A stretch of DNA of 64,000 nt. It comes from Bryobacterales bacterium (GTDB lineage: Bacteria > Acidobacteriota > Terriglobia > Bryobacterales > UBA6623). Made by a program: the position numbers and the translations under genes. The stretch covers positions 87,995 to 151,994 of the forward strand of contig CBDBZZ010000025.1 of assembly GCA_965213745.1 (NCBI GenBank). Reading direction: 5' to 3'. Of this stretch, positions 19,695 to 29,442 are shown piece after piece (within the stretch, counting starts at the first letter, position 1; each line of letters opens with the position of its first letter). The notes below the pieces were generated by a model. It was not told the origin of the DNA and ran no database searches. It was given only the letters and a program-made list of their open reading frames with translations.

Positions 19695-20303
19695 CACGGC
19701 GTGCTTTGGTGATCGACCAACTCGGAGCGGCAGGAATTTGCGCCAGATCGCAACTGATTAAATCACTCAATATCTGGAAGGTAAATTACACGGTTTTTCT
19801 TCCAAGAAATGAGATCTATCTATGGATAAATATCCCTGCTAAAAGGAGTTTTACCGCAAGAAAATACCATGATCTCCTGGTGCTCTTGGAACTCTTCAAA
19901 GGCTTCTTCGCTTGATTCCGATGACACAAGATGTTGAACGGATTTGCAGGTTTGAGGGTTCAAGGCACGGGTTTCGGTTGTGCAGCAGCAGACAGGCACT
20001 TTTGTAGCTGCCGAGTCCGGTTGGTCCCGACACCACCGAGTTATCACCGACTTCTAGTTCGCGGCGTTCTGAGATCGACAATTGGCTGCCGCTTTCCTCG
20101 GCCATTGCAAGCTCCGGTGTTCGCGATGCGAACCACCAACGGTCCTGGGACCTAACCAAAAGACAGCGTCCGCCCCGCGCACGCCTGTGTCGACCAGCCA
20201 CAGCATCACCCCGCGGCGAATGCAGAACCAGTTCGAGCCAAAGCTTGCCTTGCGGAGGATTGCCGGCCCGCGGGGACCCTCAGCTACACTCATCAACGGA
20301 CCT

Positions 20304-22074
20304 ATGCTCCGTGCGTACCTTTCCATGATCGCGCTGCCTCTGCTCCTTGCACCAGCTCTGGCTGAGCAAACCAGCCGACCCAATATCGTCTTGATCGTGA
20401 CCGACGACCAAGGGTGGTGGGACCTTGGCATGCGCGGCAACGAGCACATCCACACTCCCAGCCTAGACCGGCTCGCCAGCGAAGGGGTCGAGCTGACGCG
20501 CTTCTATGTGGAGCCGGTCTGCGCCCCGACTCGCGCTGGGCTTATGACCGGCCGCCACTACCTCCGCACGGGCCTGTACAACACCCGCTTCGGAGGCGAC
20601 ACCCTCCACCTCGACGAAATCACGCTTGCGGAGGCTCTGCGGAACGCGGGTTACCGCACGGGCATGTTCGGCAAGTGGCACTTAGGCGAATACCGTCGAT
20701 TCCACCCCGAGCAGCGTGGATTCGACGAGGCACTGTTCTTCTCGGCGGGCCACACAGAAAGGTACTGGGAGCCCGACTTCCTCCTGCAGAGAGGCAGCCC
20801 TGTGCATGCCCGGGGCCATATCACCGACCTGCTCACCGATGCGGCGGAGACTTTCATCCGCACGCGGGGCAGCGGCCCGTTCTTTCTCTACCTGGCCTAC
20901 AACGTGCCGCACGCCCCGCTCTTCGTGTCCGACCAGCTGCACGAGAAGTACCCGCGCTCAGGGGCTCGATTCGCAGACCGCCAGAATCTACGGCCTGATC
21001 GAGCAATTGGACGCAGCGGTCGGACGCCTGCTGCGGACACTGGACGACGAAGGGCAGCACGAAAACTCGCTCGTGATCTTCATGAGCGACAACGGAGGCG
21101 TGAGCCGGCACTACAGAGCCGGCCTGCGGGGCGGCAAGGGTTCGGTCTACGAAGGCGGTGTGCGCTCACCCTTCTTCGCACGCTGGCCCGGCAAGTTCGA
21201 AGCCGGCCGCAAAACGGCGGCGCGGGCGACACATCTGGATTTGTTCCCGACTCTGGCAGAGATAGCCGAAGCGGAGACACCGAGCGACAGGGCTCTCGAC
21301 GGCCGCAGCCTGCTGCCGCTGCTCACCGGAGAGACCGACGAGAGCCCCCACCCGCGGCTGTTCCATATCTGGGATCGGCACAGGCCGAGCCTGAAGTCGC
21401 GGTGGGCGGTGGCTGGCCCTCGGTACAAGCTTGTGGGCGACGAGCTGTACGACCTCCGGAACGACTCCGGGGAGCAGCGCGACATCGCCGCCGAGGCACC
21501 GGACATAGCCGCCCAACTCAGGCGGGAGTTCACCGAGTGGCTTACGGACGTGACCGCTGGACAGACCTTCGAACCGCTGCCCATTCCCGTCGGGGACCCA
21601 CGGGAGAACCCTGTTGACCTGCTGCCGAGCTGGGCCCGCCACAAAGGCCGGCACGCGAGCGTGGTCCATCCGTATCACCGCGGGCCCACCGAGCCGGCAG
21701 CGCTCGGAGAGCAAGCGGCGGAAGACTCAACCGTCTACACCTTCGGCGCGTACTATTGGGACACCATCGAGGGGTGGCGGGAACCTGGCGAGACGGTTGC
21801 GTGGAAACTCGACATCGAGGCGTCCGGCACCTACGACATCACCCTGGTCTACGGCTGCGACCTCACGGATGCCGGAGGGGAGTACAGGGTGCGAGTGGGA
21901 GACCAAGCCATCGCGGGCAAGGTGCATCCAACAACGGGGCGAAGCTTTTTCGAGGCCCGCCGCATCGGCTCTGTGCGGCTGGGAGCGGGTCCGGCGGTGC
22001 TCCGGGTGGCAGTAGTCTCCGCATCAGGTCGGGACCTGATGGCCCTGAACCGCGTGCGGCTTGAACGGCGCTAG
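20304..22074 (+). pseudogene. sulfatase with C-terminal beta-sandwich-like extension, single frameshift
   Basis: Signal peptide, PNIVLIVTDDQGWWD, active-site CAPTRAGLMTG. The frame is lost at about 20950 (AAGTACCCGCGCTCAGGGG; removing one C restores ...HEKYRAQGLDSQTARIYGLIEQLD...). It resumes in ORF 20716-22074 (MSDNGG...GGKGSVYEGGVRSP). Confidence 0.8.
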
Positions 22075-22261
22075 GGCCGATCGCAGCACGGTCGGCTCGT
22101 ACAAATCACCCCGGTGCGGTCGAAAGCTAGGGCGTGTTCACGCCAATGCAGGGCATCGACGATGAGTGCGAAGAGGATGAATCCCCGGTCGCACGCCCAA
22201 GGCGCGAATCGCGTACTGACCGGACCAAAATCCGTGTCGACGAAATCCACTTTTCGCTTGT

Positions 22262-23305
22262 CATAATCGGTCCGTTTGAAGTACATTATTTGCATGGATA
22301 TTCGAACCATAATTTCCTTCCCAAGACTTTTAAAATACCAGCGGTATAAGGTCCGCAAAAAAGCGATTCTGTATCTCAGGGATGGAGAGAGCATTGCCGA
22401 AGCTGCGGCGAGGTTCTCCGCCGCAACACACATCTCGAAGCGCTGGACCGCCCGCTATGCTCTGGGTGGATGCGGGAATCTCCAGGATCGCCAGAGAACC
22501 GGCAGGCCGCGGCAGGGGACCGCCGAGCACGCCGACTGGACCTATGCCGCGGTGGTCGACAAACCCCCGCGCAGGGCCAGTTCGCGTGCGTGCTGGGGAC
22601 CGTGCAGCGGGGCCGCCGGGCCTGGCTGGACAGGGGCAGCCTCGCGCTCGGCCTCCGCCCGGGGCGGCGGAGCCTGCGGCGGCTCGGGCTCCTCCCGCAG
22701 CGGCCCCGGCGGCGGGCCTGCCGCTCCAGGCCCGGCAACGGACGGCGCTGGCAGGAGCGGGAGTTCCCCGCAAGCGCCCGGCGCGGACGAGTCCGGCCCC
22801 GCTTCCCGCTGCGTCCCGAGGCGGACCTGGGGAGGGCGGGGCCCACACGCGGTTCCGCCGGCCCAGGCGGGCCGCGAGCAGCCCGGACGGCGGGCTCCAC
22901 GCCACGGGGCCTGAGGGCCGGGCAACCGCCGGAACATGCCGGGGATTCCTGGAGCAGCTCGTCCGGGAGATTCCCCCGCAAGCGCTGCCGGTCGCGGACC
23001 GCGGCAGTCTGCCCGCGGCAGCCGCAATCCGGGAGTGGCTGGCGGAGAACGCGGCGGAGATCGAGCTCCTTCGTCAGCCGGCCTGCTCGCCGGAGGTGAA
23101 TCCTGCGGAACTGCCGCGGGCGTTGGTCCAGCGCAGGGCAAGTCGCTTGGGCCGCAAGACGCAAGCGCAGCCCCCCGCCAACTTGGAAGCCAACCTGGCA
23201 AACTTGGCAAGCGTCGCCGGAACGGGGGCGGTCGTTCCGGCGCGAAGCGGACTGCCGGTATATTCTCGCCGGCACTCTCGGGTTGCGGCTTTTGGCCCGG
23301 TCAGT
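22262..23305 (+). mobile_element. IS630-family element (subtype A-like), heavily degraded
   Basis: N-terminal HTH ...AILYLRDGESIAEAAARFSAATHISKRWTARY...NLQDRQRTGRPRQ. The C-terminal ...IREWLAENAAEIELLRQPACSPEVNPAE is in another frame. Right end GGCCCGGTCAGT resembles the subtype A terminus. Confidence 0.6.
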
Positions 23306-23519
23306 CCCGCCGCCGGGCCGCTGGGTGCCTGCCGGCCCCGGCTGGCAGTGGTCCGCCAGGGTTCGCCGCGGCGAGCTCCGCGCTCCGCCGGTGGGGGGCG
23401 GCTCGGGGAGCGGCCGGGGCGGGCTGCGGCGGGGGGCGGGGCAGCTAGCTGGACGTGACCCCCAGCGGTTCCCGGCCCCAGTTCGCCCGCCCCCAGGTGC
23501 CGACTGCAGCAGTGGCAGC

Positions 23520-23651
23520 CGCAGGGAGGGTCCCTTCCTGGCCTTTATTCCCTTCAGGGGCGCTCTGCCAGTTGAGGTGCTGTGCTTCGCGGGCAGTATC
23601 GGCGACATCGGCATCCGAGAAGATGCCTACGCTCCGTAGCGCGGACTCGCC
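23520..23651 (+). mobile_element. possible IS5-family right-end remnant
   Basis: Ends ...GGACTCGCC immediately before CTAG (23652-23655), like the half-site CACGCC-CTAG at 26203-26212. The frame ...CASRAVSATSASEKMPTL loosely resembles the fRriATRYeK tail of IS5 transposases. Weak. Confidence 0.3.
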
Positions 23652-23934
23652 CTAGGCGCGGTGGAGCGGGTGCAACTAGCTGGGACCCAAGGGCTTGCGG
23701 GCGCACCTGGCGCAGGCCGCCGCACGGGGTGCCGCGCTGCCTGCGCGGCTCAAGCCCGGGACGGGAAGGCTGGCCGGCGCGGCCCAGGCCCCCGCGCCGG
23801 CCCAGGCCTCGCGGCGAGCCCCCCGCTCGAACTGCCCGCCAACGCCCCCGGCCAGGCCTTGCCGAGCGCTCGCACCGAAGCCTCCCGGAGGCACGTTCGG
23901 AGCGGTCGGGCGCGGTTGGCTGTAGGATGCGGCC

Positions 23935-26074
23935 ATGCAGACCTCGGTTCTCAGTGTTGCGCTTGGAGCGGGAGCGGTCGCCGGCCTCGCGACGGGCCCG
24001 CCCGCCGGCCCCCGCCCAAGAAGCCCTTGCCTCGGCAGCGGCCACGACTCGCGACGCCCGCTCCCGCTCCCACACCCCGCTGCCCTTGGACCGCCAGGTC
24101 TCGGCAGCGGGGGTCCGGAACCGCGACGACCTCCGGGCGTTTGTCCGGACCGCCGCACAGTACGCCTTCGGAGCGACCTGGACTCCGGTGGCCCCGGCCC
24201 CGGCCCCGGACAGGGCGGAAGAGTTCGACAGGGTCCGGCGCGCTTTCCACGAGGACGCCCGCTGGAACCGCGGCCAGGTCCATATCTACGTGCATAGCAG
24301 CACGGTGCGCGGGGAGGATGCCAGAACCTTCGTCCACCCGCCGGAGAGTGCGCTGGAAGGCGGCTACCGGGGCCCCCTGATCGACCGGTTCGGCAACGAC
24401 TACTTCAAGGAAACCGAACGGATCGTCACGCAGTTCGGCGGCGGCTACGTGTACTACTCCGCGCCGAGCCCGCTGACGGGCGCCGACGAGCTGAAGGTCG
24501 GCTACGTCCTGCCCCTCGACTGGAACGGAACTCCGGCCGTCATCGGCGCCGGCCTGCACGAGCAGGATGTGCCGGGCGCGTGCTATCCCGGCGCAGTCAA
24601 CGCCCGGAGCTTGGCGGCCGACCCGACGCCGGACCGCTTGCAGGCGTTGGTGCGCTGCGCCGCCTATCGGGTCGGAGCCGGAGGCCTGCTCGCCGCGCGC
24701 GAGCTGGCACTCGATGCGCGCTGGAACGCCGGTGCAATCTACGCTTTCGGCAGCGACCTCGCGGGAGCGCAGGTGTATTCCGGCATCGCCCCCGAGAGGA
24801 ACGGTGAGCCGAGCGAAATCGGCGGCCCAGCGGCGAAGCTCGCCGGTCGGCAGGACGGGCTCGCGGTGGCGGCGGCGTTCGGGGAGTCCTTCCTCTACTA
24901 CGAGCACGAGAACCCCGAGACGGGTGCGCCCCAGCGCAAGGTCGCGTTCGTGAAACGGGTGCTGGCGCAGGGCGCACCGATTCTGGTCGGCTCCGGCTAC
25001 TACCTCGCAGACGGCGTGTCGGTTGCCGACGCCGGTCTGCCGGCGTGCGCGGACAGGGCGGTCGCGGCGAGCGCGATCAACACGCAGGAGGACCTCCAAG
25101 CCTTCGTGCTATGCGCGCGGGACGACGCGGCGCGGCACGGCGCGGAGGAGGCGGCTCAAGGGTTCAACTTCTCCCCGTATTGGAGGTCCCGGCCTTAGTA
25201 CCTGTATGTGAGTCGGCTCCCCTGGTCCGGCCTCTCGGATCCTATCCCCTTGTTCGACACCCGCCTCGCGGTTGTCTGGCAGGACCCGGCAAGCCGCTCG
25301 GTCGATCCGCTCCTGGAGCTCTTCAAAATCGACCTCGTCGAGGAGTTCGGCCGCTCCTTCTTTTCCGAGGAAGCCCGCCTCGCACGGGATTTCGGCGGAG
25401 GCTGGATCTATTCCGCCGGCCGGACCGAGTACAAGGCGTGGCGCACCGCGGTGATCGACGACTGGGACGGAGCGCCCGCGGTGATCGGGGCGGCCATCGC
25501 TCCTCGCCACCTGCCCGGAAACTGCGCTCCGGGGCAGGTCAACGCGGGATTGGTCGCAGCCGCAGCGAGTCCCGAACTCCTGATGGATTTCGTGCGGTGC
25601 GCCGCGCACCGGATCGCGGGGGACGGCTATTCCGCGATCCCCGCACTGACGAGCGATCCGCGATGGAGCAGCGGATCGGTGTACGTCTTCGCAATGGACC
25701 GCTCGGGCATCCAGGTTTTCTCCGGCAATCCCGTCCGGGTCAACGGCAGCCAGTTGCAGGAGTGGGGCGATCCCCTGGCACCGTCCGGGCCGTTTCGCGG
25801 GAGGGACGTGATCAGCGCGGCGGACGCCTTCGGGGAGTCCTTCCTGTACTACAACGCCTTCAACCCGGAAACCGCTCGGACCCAGCGGAAGGTGGCGTTC
25901 TTGAAGCGCGTCGCGGCTCAGGGAGTTCCCGTGCTGATCGGAGCGGGGTACTACCTTGCGGACGGAGACGACCCGAACCACGGGCGAAGCGATTTCGGGC
26001 GCGTCGGTGACAGCTACTGGCCGCTCCAGGGATCGGCCGGCGGGAACGCTTCGAGGGCCAGTTCGTCCCATTGA
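23935..26074 (+). pseudogene. secreted four-module sCache_2-like protein, decayed paralogue
   Basis: Paralogue of 26852-28744. The signal peptide MQTSVLSVALGAGAVAGLATGP is in a different frame from the body: there is a 1-nt insertion near 23995 and an extra ~70-nt insert. TAG at 25196-25198 and a scrambled start of module 3 follow. Modules 3-4 continue in ORF 25208-26074. Confidence 0.8.
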
Positions 26075-26194
26075 GGGGAAACGGCACCCGGGCAGACGCC
26101 GCGCCGTCACGCAGAGCCGGAATGCGAGCCGATCCCGCTGACGGGAGGACGGATGACTAGCGATCCTCTACGGACCGGGACATCGTTTCGCTAG

Positions 26195-26208
26195 GGCGTG
26201 GACACGCC
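26195..26208. repeat. 14-bp palindrome GGCGTGGACACGCC flanked on both sides by CTAG
   Basis: The sequence CTAG-GGCGTGGACACGCC-CTAG (26191-26212) sits exactly at the junction of the two duplicated units. Its left half matches the IS5-like terminus AGCGTGCCCACAC at 28950. Confidence 0.7.
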
Positions 26209-26299
26209 CTAGGCGAGGTGGAGCGGGTGCAGCTAGCTGGAGCAAAGGGGCCTCAGGGCGCAACTGGCGCAGGCCGCTGCGCGGAGCGCCGTGCTGTCT

Positions 26300-26480
26300 T
26301 CAACTGCTCAAGCACGTGACTGGAATGTTGGCCGTTGTGGGCGATCCGCCCGTGGCCCCGGACAACAGCGCCGCCGAGCGGGCCGTGAGGGCCCGGTGAT
26401 CGCGCGCGCCACACCAGATCTGGAGCGAGCGGCGCGGCCGACACCGAACTGACCGGACTGCTGCACACGGTCTACGGCAC
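26300..26480 (+). pseudogene. transposase C-terminal remnant (IS66-like)
   Basis: ...LLKHVTGMLAVVGDPPVAPDNSAAERAVRAR* then, frame-shifted, ..SGASGAADTELTGLLHTVYG. The P.DNN.AER.lR..v motif is characteristic of IS66-type transposase C-termini. Confidence 0.4.
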
Positions 26481-26851
26481 TCCACCCCAGCAGGCCCCGC
26501 CCCCTACACTTGGTCGCAGGCCTCTCGCGAGGCCTGTGGCCGCCACGGCGGCCAGTCGCCGTGCCTGAACCGGTGGCTGCTTTGGACGCTTGACGCCGCA
26601 CGCCAGCAGGCGCTGGCCCGCTGGCCAGGCAGCTTGCCCACACGGCTCACCGCAAGCCCGCCAGCGCCTCTCTCGGATCCCCCGGCAGCGCCCCTCGCTG
26701 GCGCGGCCTAGGTCCCCCGCGCCTGTCCAGGCCTCGCGACTATCCACCCACTCGGCCTGCCATCCTTGCCGATAGGCTTGCACCGGAGCATCCTGGAGGC
26801 CCCGGAGGCGCGTTCGGAGCGGTCGGTCGCGGTTGGCTGTAAGATGTAGCC

Positions 26852-28744
26852 ATGAAGACTTCGGTTCTCAGTATTGCGCTTGGGGTGGGAGCGGTCGCCA
26901 GTATCGCGACGGGCCCGTCCTTGGTCCACGCCCAAGAAGCCCTTGTCTCGGCAGCGGGAATCCGGAATCGCGATGACATCCAGGCGTTTGTCCATGCCGC
27001 CCGCCAGTACGCACTGGCAAACGGGTTCGAAGAGGCCCGGCGCGCTTTCAACGAGGACGCACGCTGGAACAGCGGCCAGTTCTATGTATTCGTGGACGGC
27101 AACACGGTGCGCGGGGAGGATTCCAGAACATTCGTCTACCCGCCGGAGAATTCGCTGGAAGGCGGCTACTGGGGCCCGCTGATCGACCGGTTCGGCAACG
27201 ACTACTTCAAGGAAACCGAACGGATCGCCACGCACTTCGGCGGCGGCTACGTGTACTACTCCGTGCTGAACCCACTGACGGGCGCCGACGAACTGAAGGC
27301 CGGCTATGTCCTGCCCATCGACTGGGACGGAACTCCGGCCGTCATCGGTGCCGGCATTTACGAGCAGGATGTGCCGGGCGCGTGCTACCCCGACACAGTC
27401 AACGCACGGAGCTTGGCGACGGATCCGACGCCGGATCGCTTGCAAGCGTTGGTGCGCTGCGCCGCCTATCTGGTCGAAGCCAGAGGCTTTTTTGCCATGA
27501 ACGCACTGGTGCTCGATTCTCGCTGGAACGACGGTTCAATCTACGCTTTCGGCAGCGATCTCGCGGGAGCGCAGGTGTATTCCGGCATCGCCCCCGAGAG
27601 GAACGGTGAACCGAGCGAAATCGGTGACCTAGCGGAGAAGTTCCTCGGTCGGGACGTGCTCGCGGTGACAGCGGCGTTCGGTGAATCCTTCCTCTACTAC
27701 GAGCACGAGAACCCCGAGACGGGTGCGACCCAGCGCAAGGTCGCGTTCGTGAAACGGGTGCTGGCGCAGGGCGTACCGATTCTAGTCGGCTCTGGCTACT
27801 ACCTCGCAGACGGCGTGTCGGTTGCCGACGCCGGTCTGCCGGCGTGCGCGGACAAGTCGGTCTCGGCGAGCGCGATCAACACGCAAGAGGATATCCAAGC
27901 ATTCGTGCTATGCGCACGAGACTACGCGGCACGGCATGGCGCGGAGGAGGCAGCTCGATCGTTTCGCGATGACCCACATTGGAAGTCCGGGCCCTATTAC
28001 CTGTATGTGAATCGGATCCCCGAGCCCGGTGCCGAGACATTCACCCTCGTGCATGTCCTCCGGGAGCGGGAAGGCCTCTCGTTCGGTCCGCTCTTGGATG
28101 TCTTCAACAACGACTTCTTTCTTGAGGAAGCCCGCCTCGCACGGGATTTCGGCGGAGGCTGGATCTACTACTCCTTCTTGAATCCGGCTTCCGGCCGGGC
28201 CGAGTATAAGGCGTCGTACAACGCGGTGATCGACGACTGGGACGGAGCGCCTGCGGTGATTGGGGCGGGCATTTATCCTCACCACCTGCTCGGAAACTGC
28301 GATCCGGAGCAGGTCAACGCGACATTGGTCGCATCCGAAGCGAAACCCGAGTTCCTGGTGGAGTTCGTGCGATGCGCCGCACACCAGCTCGAGGGGAACG
28401 GCTATTTCGCGACTCCCGAACTGACGGGCGATCCGCGATGGAGCAGCGGATCGGTGTACATCTTCGCAATGGATAGCTCGGGCATCCAGGCTTTTTCCGG
28501 CAATCCCGTCCGGGTGAACGGAAGACAGTTGCAGGAGTGGAGCGATCCCCTGTCACCGTCCGGGCCGTTTCGCGGAAGGGACGTGATCAGCGCGGCGGAC
28601 GCATTCGGAGAATCCTTCCTTTACTACAACGCCTTCAATCCGGAAACCGCTCGGACACAGCGGAAGGTGTCGTTCTTGAAGCGCGTCACTGCTCAGGGAG
28701 TTCCCATCCTGATCGGATCGGGGTACTACCTTCCGGACAAATAG
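26852..28744 (+). CDS. secreted protein of four tandem sCache_2-like modules (A-B-A-B), no TM or output domain
   Basis: 630 aa with signal peptide MKTSVLSIALGVGAVASIATGPSLVHAQE. Each ~150-aa module ends in a Cache-type strand pattern: GGGYVYYSVLNPLTGADELKAGYVLPIDWDGTPAVIGAGIY; FGESFLYYEHENPETGATQRKVAFVKRVLAQGVPILVGSGYY; GGGWIYYSFLNPASGRAEYKASYNAVIDDWDGAPAVIGAGIY; FGESFLYYNAFNPETARTQRKVSFLKRVTAQGVPILIGSGYY. Confidence 0.8.
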   Translation: MKTSVLSIALGVGAVASIATGPSLVHAQEALVSAAGIRNRDDIQAFVHAARQYALANGFEEARRAFNEDARWNSGQFYVFVDGNTVRGEDSRTFVYPPENSLEGGYWGPLIDRFGNDYFKETERIATHFGGGYVYYSVLNPLTGADELKAGYVLPIDWDGTPAVIGAGIYEQDVPGACYPDTVNARSLATDPTPDRLQALVRCAAYLVEARGFFAMNALVLDSRWNDGSIYAFGSDLAGAQVYSGIAPERNGEPSEIGDLAEKFLGRDVLAVTAAFGESFLYYEHENPETGATQRKVAFVKRVLAQGVPILVGSGYYLADGVSVADAGLPACADKSVSASAINTQEDIQAFVLCARDYAARHGAEEAARSFRDDPHWKSGPYYLYVNRIPEPGAETFTLVHVLREREGLSFGPLLDVFNNDFFLEEARLARDFGGGWIYYSFLNPASGRAEYKASYNAVIDDWDGAPAVIGAGIYPHHLLGNCDPEQVNATLVASEAKPEFLVEFVRCAAHQLEGNGYFATPELTGDPRWSSGSVYIFAMDSSGIQAFSGNPVRVNGRQLQEWSDPLSPSGPFRGRDVISAADAFGESFLYYNAFNPETARTQRKVSFLKRVTAQGVPILIGSGYYLPDK

Positions 28745-28949
28745 TCCACGGGCGACTCGATTTCGCGGACTTCCGGCCGACCTAGGGCCGGCCGGCGGGG
28801 ACGGTTCGATGGCAAGTTCGTCCAATTGACGGGAAACGGCACCCGGGCAGACGCGGCGCCAGTCACGCAGAGCCGGAATGCGGGCCGACCCGCTGGCGGG
28901 AGGGCGGACGCCTAGCGATCCTCTACGGACCGGGACATCGTTTCCCTAG

Positions 28950-29440
28950 AGCGTGCCCACACTACTGCGCATGGTCATATTCTCAACTGCGGATGCAACT
29001 CACGAAGCACAGCACGAACGCATTGCACCGTACCTTGCGGTGCAGCGTGGCAATGTCCGGGGGGCGAACCCGCCAGTGCTCAACGCCATGCTGTATGTGG
29101 TCGAACATGGCTGCAAATGGCGCGGCTTCCCGAATCGGTTTGGCAAATGGCGCACCATCTACCTGCGGATGCATCGCTGGTCGCAGAATGGCGTGCTGGA
29201 CCGGGTCTTCGAACAGTTGCAACGAGAGCAGATCGTGCGGATCAAGCTGGAAGCGGTGTCGCGGGACAGCACCATGGTCCAGCGGCATCCCGACGGGACG
29301 GGGGCGCTCAAAGAACGGCCCGCAATCCATCGGCCGCTCCCGCAGCGGTTGGACCACCGAGTTGCATAAGGTCGCCGCGGATGTGCGCGCCACCATCCCG
29401 TTCTCGCTCTCACCGGTTCAGGCCCACGACGCACCGGAAG
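28950..29440 (+). mobile_element. IS5-family (IS427/IS5-group-like) element, left half only
   Basis: Starts after CTAG (28946-28949) with AGCGTGCCCACAC. The ORF gives ...NPPVLNAMLYVVEHGCKWRGFPNRFGKWRTIYLRMHRWSQNGVLDRVF (DUF4096-type N-domain). A second frame gives ...KNGPQSIGRSRSGWTTELHKVAAD...SLSPVQAHDAPE. It is then cut off. Confidence 0.7.
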
Positions 29441-29442
29441 AT

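Noticed and set aside
22071-22290. Minus-strand ORF 22071-22433 (MQIMYFKRTDYDKRKVDFVDTDFGPVSTRFAPWACDRGF...) as a real small gene downstream of the sulfatase.
   Set aside because: It has no recognisable motif. It overlaps the left end of the degraded IS630 and contains the CTAG-palindrome site. Coding potential is ambiguous, so it is left unannotated.
23656-28945. The two Cache-gene units as template and variable repeats of a diversity-generating retroelement.
   Set aside because: No reverse transcriptase or accessory gene is present. Differences between the copies involve all base types (C/A, C/T, G/A, indels) rather than adenine-specific changes. One copy is plainly decaying.
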